Positions 38,927-49,693 of a stretch of 61,395 nt of DNA are shown in pieces. This DNA comes from Chara braunii. Its lineage: Eukaryota > Plantae > Charophyceae. Position 1 is the first letter of the stretch; every line of letters starts with the position of its first letter. Below the pieces are notes generated by a model, which searched no databases, was not told the origin of the DNA, and worked only from the letters and a program-made list of their open reading frames with translations. The stretch is from NCBI GenBank assembly GCA_003427395.1, contig BFEA01000033.1:1765781-1827175 (forward strand), in the 5' to 3' direction. A program made the translations under genes and the position numbers.

Positions 38927-40197
38927 CGCCAAAGATTCTGGTTGTTTGTTGTCTGAAGACCAACACTCACTCACATAGACTTCCAGGTATGCCCATACAT
39001 ACACAGAAGGAAGGGGAGAGGATAGGAGTATCACACCGCAGGGAGAGAGAAACACACCGGAAGACTTGACCATGCGATATGACAGGGTACACTGAAAGTG
39101 CAATTCACTCCACTCAATCCTCACAACCAGTCATAAAGAAAAACCAAGTAGATCACATCCAAGAAACAATGAAACGATGATAGCCCAAACCCAGTATTAC
39201 ACTGTCACACTGTTTATTAAACTTAGAGTCTCGACTTGTCAGGAGAACCTCAAAACTACAGTGTCCTGCTCAGAAATGAGCAGCGCTTCACTCCCCAACT
39301 TTGAGTAACCACCCGTAACACCCCTGAGCCGCTGAAATATCAAGCACCACCCAAGTACTGCCTCGAGAAGGTAGTGCCACTCTGAAATAGGCCTCTGAGG
39401 CCAAGCGCCACTCAGAGGATGAAGAAGGAGACCAGCGCCAGACTATCTGATGATGACGAAGTGTCGGAAGACTTCCCGAGTGGAAGTCTGCAGCAGCACC
39501 ACCAAATCCCGACAAGATGACCTCTAATGAAGAAGATGCAGCTATGGCTGCAACGCCACAGCCCTGTGAACCCGCTTCGGAGGAGCGTCAAAGAGGGCAC
39601 CAACTTTTTTCGCCTCCAGCAGATCTCGATAACCCAGACCTCTGACAGCCCTGCGTGCTGGCAGAGTACAACGCAGGTCCCAGGTATGGCCGGCGCTCCG
39701 AAGGCCTGGCTATGTATGTCTCTCACAACGCTTAGCCGTCACCACTTCCGGTTCATGCATAGCGCAACAACGATGTACTCGGTACCAACTGCCAAAAGCC
39801 CTGAAACGAGGGGCCCATCCTATCTATAGGTCTACACAAGCCTAGACTCGACCTAAACCGGACTGACTGACCGACTGGTACCGTTTCTGTTTCGGCCTCT
39901 CGGCCTCTACTTTACCCGGCTATAGACTATAAAACCGTCTATCAGCATAGGCCTTTAGGGCCTGTTTGTCCTAGGGGTAGCCCGTGTCTGGTACTCGAAG
40001 TTAGGATAGCTGTAGGAAATTCAGTTAGTACGGGCTTATATTTTTCCGTATTTACAGATATGTCCCTCACGAATTTTCCTTACAGGCAGGTCACTCGGTT
40101 AGCCCTCTGCCAAACAAAATTACGAATATGTCCTACCTTTGGTATAACCTTGACAGAGAGAGGCTATAGGTGACCAGAAACAGCAAGTCATTGTAGA
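38927..40197 (-). repeat. 3' LTR
   Basis: Direct repeat of 49694-51437 from gattctggttgtttgtt to cagcaagtcattg. It abuts the PPT (plus-strand cctaccctcccc, 40198-40210). The left edge is uncertain by a few bp. Confidence 0.88.
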
Positions 40198-40228
40198 CCT
40201 ACCCTCCCCCGGAGGGAGGACCTTCGAG

Positions 40229-41440
40229 CTAGGGGTGTAGGCGTGTAGAGCGCCAAAGAGATTCTCCCTTTTGTGCTTCATATCTGAGGATGACAGACTT
40301 TGCAGTTTTCAGAAGTTCCTTGCGAGTAAACCGACGATCTTCTGTATGTGGCTGGTATAAGAACTTCACAAGGTACTCCTTATCTGGAACTGTACCTGAC
40401 TCATCCTTAACCGATTCCACCGCATATCCCGTGCCAGGGATCGGGGGTCGAAACTGAAGGGCCCTGTCTGGAAATGCATGTAATCCCTGCAATGGGATTA
40501 CAATTCATTGCTGCAAAAATAAGGATCTCGATCACTGACTATAGAGGTGGGAGGTCCATGATGTGTGACCCATCTGTCAGCAAATGCCTCCTGGACGGCT
40601 GGAACGCGAGCTTCAGCTGGTAAGGGGATGAACTCTGCATATTTGGAGAACTGATCCACACAGACCATGACTTGACACATCCCATGAGGTGTGGTCCTAC
40701 CCAAGTCAGTAAAGTCAATAGACACTGACTGTGCATGTGCTTCAGGGATGGGTAGTGGTTTGAGTAGGCCAAGGGGAGGTCGTCGTACTACCTTGTTCCT
40801 TTGGCACAACTCACAGGTTTCCACATAGTGCAGCATGTCACTCCTTATCTCCTTCCAGAAAAAGTGTTGTGACAGGGTTGCATACGATTTGAGGGCTCCA
40901 AAGTGACCATGAGCATCATGACACTCTGACATCAGGAGTGTTCTCAGCTTGTGGTCCTGGGAAATGCACATGCGTTCCTCACCTCTGCTGCAAGTATACA
41001 CCAGGTATGAAACCAGAGTATATCCTAGTTCAGATGCGGGGTTGTCCTTGAGATTCCTAACTATAGGCCCAAAAATTGCATCCTGGGGCATCAGCCAGAC
41101 AATGGTCTGACAAGTCTTCTCTCCAAACGAGTGAGTAAAGGAGATCAGACAGAGAGCGTCAGGCCTACGAGAAAGGGCGTCTGCTACTCGATTGTAGCAG
41201 CCCTTCTTGTGTCTCAGTTCAAAGTCGAACATGTCAATGAACTAGATATAGTGAGCAAATATGTCATTCAATTTTCCCTAGGACTTCGTCCACAGAAGGG
41301 TGGAGTGATCTGAAAAGATCTTGAAATGTCTGCCCAAGAGCAAGTGTTTCCAATGCTTGAGTGCCGACACAAGAGCATAAAGCTCTTTCTCATAGGTAGA
41401 GTCCTGCAACTTCTTGGTTTTAATATTCTTGCTCATATAC
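40229..41440 (-). pseudogene. pol: pol remnant: RNase H C-terminus, integrase zinc finger and partial core, chromodomain-like tail
   Basis: TYEKELYALVSALKHWKHLLLGRHFKIFSDH, NRVADALSRRPD, HDAHGHFG...CELCQRNK, SVSIDF, SIVSDRD, then a deletion to YAVESV...EYLVKF. Stops and frameshifts are present. Confidence 0.85.
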
Positions 41441-41441
41441 T

Positions 41442-42480
41442 CTATTGGCTGCCAAATGACCGCCAGTCCTTGTGACTCTGAGATAATACAACTAACTGGT
41501 ATTGCTCAGGTGCTGCCCTGAGGAAATGAATGAGCAGATCTTGCTCACTCATCTCCAACCCAGGAGTTGATGTAAGATTCTCAAAGGTGGAGTATAGTTT
41601 GGACAAGGAGCCATCAAATTTTCTTTGGCCCAGGCGCATAATTTTATCTGCTGCTTTCCTGACCTGCTCCTTGTCTGCAAACCGGTCCTGCAGTGCCTGC
41701 AGAAAACCAGCCACCCCCAGCCTCTGCGCCCAATTAAACATTTTTATACCTCACTGCCAGAGGTAGAGGTGCACCATTTCAGTGCAATCCTCTCCAGGCG
41801 AGCAAGGATGACATACACCTTTACACCCTCATCACATTTGAACCCACTCAGGTAGTTTTTTTGTGCAGTGACCCAATCTGCAACATCCACCTTCGGGTCC
41901 TCACCAGAGAACATGGGTGGAGGTGTCAGCTTGGGCCGCTGGAAATCAAATGGTGCTGAGGGTTGTGAAGGTGTTGTTGATTTGGGTGTAGAGGGAGGAG
42001 ATGTATGTCTGGATTGTGGGGGAGATGCAGGTTTCCCTTGAGAAGGGTCAGGGGAAGGAGGAACTGTCAGAGTGGTAGGAATCTTCAAATGAGTAAAGAT
42101 TAGATCTAGTTTGGCAGAGATGTCATCGAGCTTCTTGGAAAAAGTTGAATGGTTGCTCTCCAGACTGGTAATCCTGTCGTCCCAGTTAGTAAAATAAGAA
42201 CGGTGAATGTCATCCTGCAAAAGGATGAATTCAACCATGTCCTTGTTGTACTGATTGAAACTTCCACTCGTCCTAATCTTTTTTACATCTGCAATCAGCA
42301 GCTTCCTCCTGGCCTCTTTCTGAACTTCTTCTTCTTTCTTCTTCAGCTCACCTTTAGGGACTCTACTGCCTGGGCCTGCTGGTGGAGTTTCTCCATCTGG
42401 GCCCGCAGTTCAGCCTTTAAAGGGTCAAGCGGAATCTGAGGTTTCACCTCAGAGGCCTCTGCCTTCCCAACATCTGCCAT
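41442..42480 (-). pseudogene. gag: gag remnant (retrotransposon gag domain)
   Basis: ATG at 42480. PKLTPPPMFSGEDPKVDVADWV...ALKW, FLQALQDRF, and QDLLIHFLRAAP, with frameshifts. Confidence 0.8.
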
Positions 42481-43518
42481 ACTGCTTAATCCCACAATTC
42501 AAATAAATAATATAGAAAAATAAACAAAGACAGACAGAAAGTAACAGGAATTGGATTTTCTCTACAGTACTCGTTCAATTACTGTCACCTGACTGAAGAG
42601 AGAAAGTTGGTTAGCTTGAGCAAGTGAGTGCTCAGTCTCTGCAGACCACTTGAGGGTCAGGGTCAGTTATGAGTAGACTCGACAAAAACCAATTTCACGA
42701 TTTTTCAATCCCTGCCCTGAAACAACAATTGCATGCAATAATTGCAAATCCTGCATCATTCAATTGCAGGATGTCATCCTGGACTGATTAGTAGAGATTA
42801 AAAGTTAGACAGAGTGACTAATTAGGGATAGGTAGGTGTTTAATGATGACCAAGATACTGCGATTTACAGGGAATCCTATTTTTAGACCTACCCTATTGA
42901 CTTCACCACGGTATGACCCTGTATGCCACACAACAACCCAGATCACCAGCTAAGGCCCCTAAATGGCCGCTAAGTGGTAAAGGAGGTGGGAGTGCAAAGA
43001 CAATCAGTAGGTTTACAGTTTTCACTGTAACTGACTCAGAACATCAAATTTGACAGTGCGATTTCAGACACTGACTGTATACTGAATTGTGATTTACCAG
43101 GGACGGGCATAATTGAATTCTGACGGACATAATTAAAGTTATGACTGACCCTAGTCTAGCCGAGCTTCAACTATGTTAGCGCAAAATTCAAATTTGCATT
43201 ATCAATGACAACAGGATCCTGAACACACCAATTCACTACACAGGATGGATCACAATATTATAAAGCAGTCACAAATGAAATTTGAGTCAGAAACAAGGTC
43301 AAACAAGGTTAATAGAAGTCAAAGAAGATAGGTAGGAGAAATCGGCTATGGCTGTCCCACAATGTGAATTTCAATTTTCAATTGTCTACTGACTTACATA
43401 CCATATTTTGCTAATCTAAAAATAGACCCAGAATCGCCACACAGAGCAGAGTAAGGAACACACTTACTTCATGATCAATTATGAAGAAGATGAGTGAAAC
43501 TTGGACTATGACTGTCTG

Positions 43519-43863
43519 ATGGTGGTTATATACCCCATGCATGATAGAGTCAAAAATGACCAAGACGACAACGATAAAGCAGAACAAACAACAACATGAC
43601 GACCGAACCAATCATAGGATCAAAGAGAGCAAACATGAGATAGTACACCATAGCCTGACACATTGGTTACTCCCGAAACGCGACCAAGGCTTCAATAGAT
43701 CAACAATGAAAAACAAAGCCAAAAGGCTCGAACCAAAACTGGGCATCGCGCCCATTTGCACGAAAAAACAGGTCGAGCTGGCGTAGACCCTACTATAGTT
43801 TCATCCGGTCGCCAGACCCGGAATCATCAGGGGTCAGTCACGGCGAAGATAACTCCAATGTGC
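43519..43863 (-). repeat. 3' terminal direct repeat (pLTR) of the PLE
   Basis: atgrtggttatataccccatgcatgatagagtc...gataactccaatgtgc is near-identical to 48806-49147. Confidence 0.92.
43786..43835 (-). ncRNA. Minimal type I hammerhead ribozyme in the 3' pLTR
   Basis: Minus strand: GACCC CUGAUGA UUCCGGGUC-UGGC-GACCGGAU GAAAC-UAUA-GUA^GGGUC. Stem I is GACCC/GGGUC and stem III is the palindromic mini-helix ACUAUAGU. Confidence 0.85.
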
Positions 43864-44115
43864 CGCGGGCGACTATTAATAGGATCTCGAAACTTCAGGT
43901 AGCTACAGTACCTACAAAGACAAGACAAGTTCCAAAGAAGCCTCCGGAAGAGCCGTCACTAGGCCCCTCCCCCCGACGGCATCACAGGCCCAGAAGCAAG
44001 GCCCAAAAACCAAGGTCACGTATCCTACCCCGAAAACTTAAGAAAAAACGAAAACAGAAAAATGAGAAAAAATGAAAAACGAAAAACCCCGGCTCCTAAT
44101 GCCCCCTTCTCAAAG

Positions 44116-47045
44116 CTAACCTCCCCACTTCGTGAGGCAGCTCACCCACTCATCCCAAAATGCCCCGAATTTCCGTGAGAAATTGCCCAAAGCATCATCG
44201 AACCATTTGTCTGAGAACCCTCTCAGACGCAACTCAATTTTGAGAGAGAGTAGAAAACGGCCCTCCGCGCCCTCAAGACTGGTCAGCCTTTTCGCCCTGT
44301 GCAAAAACGACCCAATCACAACGAGCTTTTGCCGCTTGCTTGCGTACGAACCCACATCCTGTAGATTTTGAAAACATCACCCCTTACTCAGCACACAGTT
44401 CCAGCTTTAACCTCTTATCCGTGCATTTGACCCCTTGTGGCCAATCCAAATTCCATAATCTGCATCCCAGGAACTCCCAACACCCTGTCCTATCCGTACA
44501 TTCCAGCTTTAACCTCTTATCATAAGAAGTTTCAAAGCTTCTCAAAATCCGCTGGACCTTACTCAAAGAATCATCGTTACCACCCTGATATTTGATGAAA
44601 ATCGACACGTCGTCCATCAGTCTCATACCATGTACCAGCCCCCTATCCACACCCAGGGAGGAAAGAAGCGAAAATTCCGAAAAAACACATAACATACGTG
44701 CAATAGCCGGACTGGATGGCTTACCCATGGGTATTCCCACATTCTGCTTCAAAACCTTCCCGCATGCGCTGATATAGGTGTTGTCAAGATCAAACTTAAC
44801 AAAATCCAGAACTGCGTTGAAACTCAGAACCGAACAATCTTCCAAGACTTTCCCTGTCAACATCCTTGCCCCCTTCCCTCGTTTCTTCAGCATAACGCCT
44901 TTAGCCCCATATTGCATCCAAAAATCAACCAGCCACTCAGCAACACGCAGGATCGAAACGTGCGGGAGATTGCAAAACATCTCCTTGACGTCATACGCAG
45001 CAGTCAACAACCTTTCCCTTTGGTGCAAGTCTCTATTGATAACCTCAATGCTTTGCACCAGACGACATGTACTCTTCAGGTTAAAATGTGTCCTCTTAGG
45101 CAGATCCCAAACCATCTGATTAATTGCCCGAGACACTTTGCGACACCCCCTAACCCCATTCTCATAGAACGAAGGGGAAATCGGCCTCCATCGCCGAACC
45201 TCCTTGTATTTGGGAATGGCATAAGCCTGCCCCACAGTGCCCCGTTTATCCCACTTCGCCACCTTCTCCAGACCCTTCGCTTTGTACTCTGCCCCAACCT
45301 CATTCAGGAGGTCCAATTCCTCCCGATCGATCAAGACAAAGCCACTGTTCTTAAGGAAGAGAGTATCTATGCCGGCTTGGTACAAGGTCGGGCAGCAAAC
45401 CAACGTGTCCCCGGGATTATGATCCACGGGGACCCTCACCAACCCGTCCAATTTCCTCACCCAATCCAAGACCCCCTCCTCCGTACAGTCAACTACCCTT
45501 GCATCCTTCCCCAAATTCATGCATGCAGACATGTCCCGTCGAGAGAAGAACGACACATCAAACTCCAAAGAGGCCAGAGAGGACATCAACTGCTTCCTAA
45601 GTCTCCCAACAACATCTGTCCGAGAAGTGGCCGGGATGTTCTTATTGTTTTTTAACCAATATGGAGCTTCCTCAAAATGCTTCAACCGGAAACAAACATG
45701 CCCTTCTTCTTGTTGGAAACCCTTAGGAACTTTCGCACAATAGCATGCAAACCCCGATTGCTTGGAAAACATCCGAAAATTGAAGAGCAGATCACCCACA
45801 CTTTGTTACGGAGCCACACCACTCTCATCCTCCTCACCACCATAGCCTTCCACTCCCTCTCCACCTCCACCGCCATAATCGTCTGAGCACAGAAAGCCCT
45901 AACACCGGGCTTACTCACCCCATAATCAAAAGTAACTCTAATCACCAATCGTTGTCGCACGTTGACTCCGAACTTACGCCTTGCTGCTCCGGAAACTATT
46001 GTCCGTTACATGGAGCGCGATCGTTTCTCCAAAAAGCTTCGGATCGCAAGGAAGCTACGCACCATTGTAGCCAAATCCCAACAAGGCAACCCTCGTCGAG
46101 AAGCCGGATTAGATAAGAACCCAATCAAAGATGGTTTCAAAATAAGATACTGCGAACAAAAGTTGACGATTGAGGAAATTAACAAAAAACTGCCCGGCCG
46201 AAACCAGCCTCGAGATTTTTTCAGAACCTCACAACAGCCATCACTCTTAATTGTGGATGAGCCGAACTTACGTTTAATAATCTTCCATTGGTCCATCATC
46301 CGAATCCCACCCTGGCAAACAATCCCCACCGAGGATATCTTAGCATTCACACAGTGATCCAGAATATGCAAGAGGCTAGGAAAAACGATGCCCACTGTAG
46401 AATAGAAACTCATATAAGTATCGACAACCATCCTTCCCAGTTCTAGTCCATCCCGCTTTTTCCTACGACATCTCTCTTTCTTACCAGGCCTCTTTCTCTT
46501 CTGATGTCTCCCCCGATCACGAGAGTTCAGATACGGATTAACAACTGTAATCATGTTCTTCTCTAAGGCCAAAACATCCTCAGACCTACAACGAAACAGG
46601 GGGAGACAAACATACTGCCCAATCCCACAGCGTCTCAGCTAGGCATACAGCCGATGGTTCCGCTTACCTCCGTTCACCACGTCCTTACCAAGTGTCTTGT
46701 GCACATGCTCGTTCCATCATACATGCAGCGATCGAATTGTGGACCCAATATACACGTGCCTCGACCAGGGGGACAACAACAAATACAATAGTGGACCCTC
46801 ACAAGTTTCCAAATCCCATCCCTCGTCGGCAACATTCTGTAAGTAACGCCCAAACTTCTCCGCCCAAGGAATAGCACCAGCTAAGATCAAATGCAGGACA
46901 ATGAGACGAAAAAAACCATTAAACTTCTTATCTCGCACATGCCGGTCAACCGCGTCCTTCTTGTTCACAGTAGATCCCTCACATATTCTACCCATTTCAG
47001 TCCTCCTTTCAGCAAAGTCAGGAGACGAAGAAGAAGAAGAAGAAG

Positions 47046-47076
<31 letters not shown>

Positions 47077-47142
47077 CATCCGAGAATAAGATGTTAAGGA
47101 AGAAGGCAAAGGAGCAGAGGAATCAATTGACGAATTACCCAA
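44116..47142 (-). pseudogene. PLE ORF2: GIY-YIG endonuclease, linker, reverse transcriptase and thumb (disrupted)
   Basis: GIY-YIG: LLYLLLSPWSRHVYIGST-RSLHV*WNEH...LEKNMITVVNPYLN. Linker: CYC...EGHV. RT: YAIPK..RWRPIS, AYDVKEMFCNLPH, QNVGIPMGKPSSPAIA, RLMDD, WEFLGC. Thumb: SYASKRQKLVVIGSFLHRA...LRGF. There are three in-frame stops and frameshifts near 45800 and 44400. Confidence 0.9.
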
Positions 47143-47241
47143 AACGTCCGGAGGAGAAGAAGAAGAAGGACTGGAAGCAGATCGCCTATCTCGACAAAAC
47201 GTCGCCCATGACCATAAGGTAGCCGCGTCCGGGAAAACTCC

Positions 47242-48659
47242 CTATAACTCCACAGACCGGTCCCCTTCCGAGCTTGCGGCGCCGTCCTCCTGGTGCGTTT
47301 CTTCCTGATCGCCCAACACCTGCACCGATTATTCTCCTCTTGCATCCTTTGATTTCCCGAAAGCTTGATTAGCTCGATACTCCGCAAGCTCTTCGATGAC
47401 CGGCTTGACCGTAGTTATCCGAATTCCTGCTTCCTTACACAGCGGTTCCAGCCTGGACTTCTTATAAGCACCCAATTGTTTCCTCTGTTCTTCAATGAAG
47501 GCAAAACGTCGATTGACCGCTGGTTCGCTCCCCTTTTGTGTCTCACGGTTTGGAGTAGCTTTCTTCCCCTTTCTAATCGACCTTCGCGCCGCTTCATCCA
47601 TTCTCTCCTTCAGATTGGTTCCCTGCAAGTCCGGCTCATCTCCATCGGCCTGCAATTCACTCATCTTCTCCTGCAGCATCTTCAGCTCCATCTCCGCTTT
47701 TGCCCGTCTTTCTTTCAACATATCAGCCTCCAAATTCGCTATCCTATGCATTTCTTGCAGCTTCCTGTACTCCTCCTTCCATTTGTCCGCCTCCCGAATG
47801 TTATCCCTCCATCTTGGTTTAGGAGTACCTCGAAAGGATACATCCGGAGTACTAACGGCCACGCTCCCTCTCTTGTTGCCTGGCCGGAGAGCTTCGTTCT
47901 TCCACATCACCGCTTCGTCAATCGCCTTCCTCTCAACATGCCGAATTCCGTTTTCAAGCCTGCAATCTCCTGTTCAAAATTAATTTTAACCAACGTCGTA
48001 CCCCGCAACTCTTCGATCTCCTTTTTTAACGCAAACACCTCATCATCTCCACATCGCTTATCTGACACCTGGCGCTTCAGCTCCATCAACTCTCGTTGCA
48101 GAGAGGCTAGCTTGTCCTCACCGCTCGACGGGCCTTCACCAGCTAATCGGCTATGCAGGTTCTCATTCTCCTTTCTGAGCTGAGACAGTTCTTCATTCAT
48201 CTTGTCACCACCCGCCGCCTCTGCCTTTCCCTTAGTACCACATATGGACTCCATATGTTTCTCCAATCGGGCTACCATCTCGGCTTCAAACTTCTCGCGT
48301 TCTTCCTTCCATTCTTTCTTCCTCTCTTCTTCTTCCTTCAACTTGTTCAGTCGTTCTTCCTCCTCTTTCTTCTTAGTAGCATGTTCCTCATCCGCAATGA
48401 TCTTCGCGTAACACTTGTCCAACCTCTCTTGGTTGGTTTTCCAAAACCCCGTCCGTGGTTGATTCTGATAATTAACCGGATAATTAGTCGTGCTCTGATA
48501 AGTCGGCACCGGTGGTGTCGCGACCGGAGGACCGGTCGTTATTGCGTTAGCGCCCGTAGCCGGAGGCCAAGGAGCAACGCCCCGATGCGGACACTCCCTC
48601 ATAAAGTGGTGCGGAGACCCACAGTTATAACAAGAGCGGGAAGGGATTGAGGCAGCCAT
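47242..48659 (-). pseudogene. PLE ORF1: Gag-like CCHC zinc knuckle, coiled coil and a possible HeH/SAP-like C-terminal motif
   Basis: ATG at 48659. CYNCGSPHHFMREC (CX2CX4HX4C), long E/K-rich heptads, and LEPLCKEAGIRITTVKPVIEELAEYR. One frameshift at ~47910 and one premature stop at 47329. Confidence 0.8.
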
Positions 48660-48805
48660 TGGAAAAGGTAGATATCAGACGAACGAAGTCTAGACAAGAC
48701 AACCACAAATCGACAAAATCGAGGACGACAAGGTACAAGATAACTCTAACCCAACGAGTCACACTCCGTTAGTCTTATCGCTACGGAGGTTCCGCCGTCG
48801 AAAGT

Positions 48806-49147
48806 ATGATGGTTATATACCCCATGCATGATAGAGTCAAAAATGACCAAGACGACAACGATAAAACAAACAACAACATGATGACCGGACCAATCATAGG
48901 ATCAAAGAGAGCAAACATGAGACAGTACACCATAGCCCGACACATGGGTTACTCCCGAAACGCGACCAAGACTTCAATAGATCAGCGATGAAAAACAAAG
49001 CCAAAAGGCTCGAACCAAAACCGGGCATCGCGCCCATTTGCGCGAAAAAACAGGTCGAGCGCTGGCGTAGACCCTACTATAGTTTCATCCGGTCGCCAGA
49101 CCCGAAATCATCAGGGGTCAGTCACGGCGGAGATAACTCCAATGTGC
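48806..49147 (-). repeat. 5' terminal direct repeat (pLTR) of the PLE
   Basis: Near-identical to 43519-43863. Confidence 0.92.
49070..49119 (-). ncRNA. Minimal type I hammerhead ribozyme in the 5' pLTR
   Basis: Same as 43786-43835 except one C>U change in stem II, which converts a C-G pair to U-G and so keeps pairing. Confidence 0.85.
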
Positions 49148-49679
49148 TGTCTGGTCAACCCCATATCGCCAGTTTCACCTCCTGTTGATTCCCAGTGTTC
49201 CTACGAATCAAATCTCCTGCAACTTGGTGATTCAGCAGTATACCCTAAGGCGCTTTACCCCAACTGATAGGTTCATTGAATTTGGACTCCCGAGTGCGAA
49301 TAACTGACAAATTTAGTGCAACGCCACATCACCTTGTACTGCGCTGCTGGGAAATTGGGGATGCTGACCCAATTCCACAGTCGCAACCTCCTGGGATCAC
49401 TTCCTTGTTAATCGCCAGTCTCCAGATGAATCGCCAAGCAAAAAATAGCATCTCAGAGTCTCTCAGGCCTCTGAGCACCAATCGCCAACCACTCCTGCAC
49501 AACCCTAGTTAGGAGTGAGTCACCCTCTGTCCAATTCTTCTTGCCACACACTCACCACCACCACCCTTATTGACAACAACCCTGAAGATGATGAATCGCC
49601 ATGAGACTCAACTCCAGTATCTCGTTAGATGATGATGGTTGCTCCAACTCATCAATCGCTCCAGAGTCTAGATCCGGTT

Positions 49680-49691
49680 GCTTCGATACCA
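49680..49691 (-). promoter_or_regulatory. Primer-binding site (tRNA-iMet-like)
   Basis: Minus strand TGGTATCGAAGC (consensus TGGTATCAGAGC), immediately internal to the 5' LTR. Confidence 0.75.
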
Positions 49692-49693
49692 AC

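Larger units (their letters stand above)
43519..49147 (-). mobile_element. Penelope-like retroelement with permuted domains (GIY-YIG before RT; Naiad/Chlamys-type) and an upstream Gag-like ORF
   Basis: Direct terminal repeats at 43519-43863 and 48806-49147, TSD (c)tgtctg, a CCHC ORF1, a GIY-YIG domain, a PLE-type RT, and a hammerhead in each repeat. Confidence 0.9.

Noticed and set aside
46006-46719. In-frame stops in PLE ORF2 as selenocysteine codons (as in some Naiad elements)
   Set aside because: The TGA sits at the conserved GIY-YIG Arg position (CGA>TGA decay), and the other stops are TAG and TAA.
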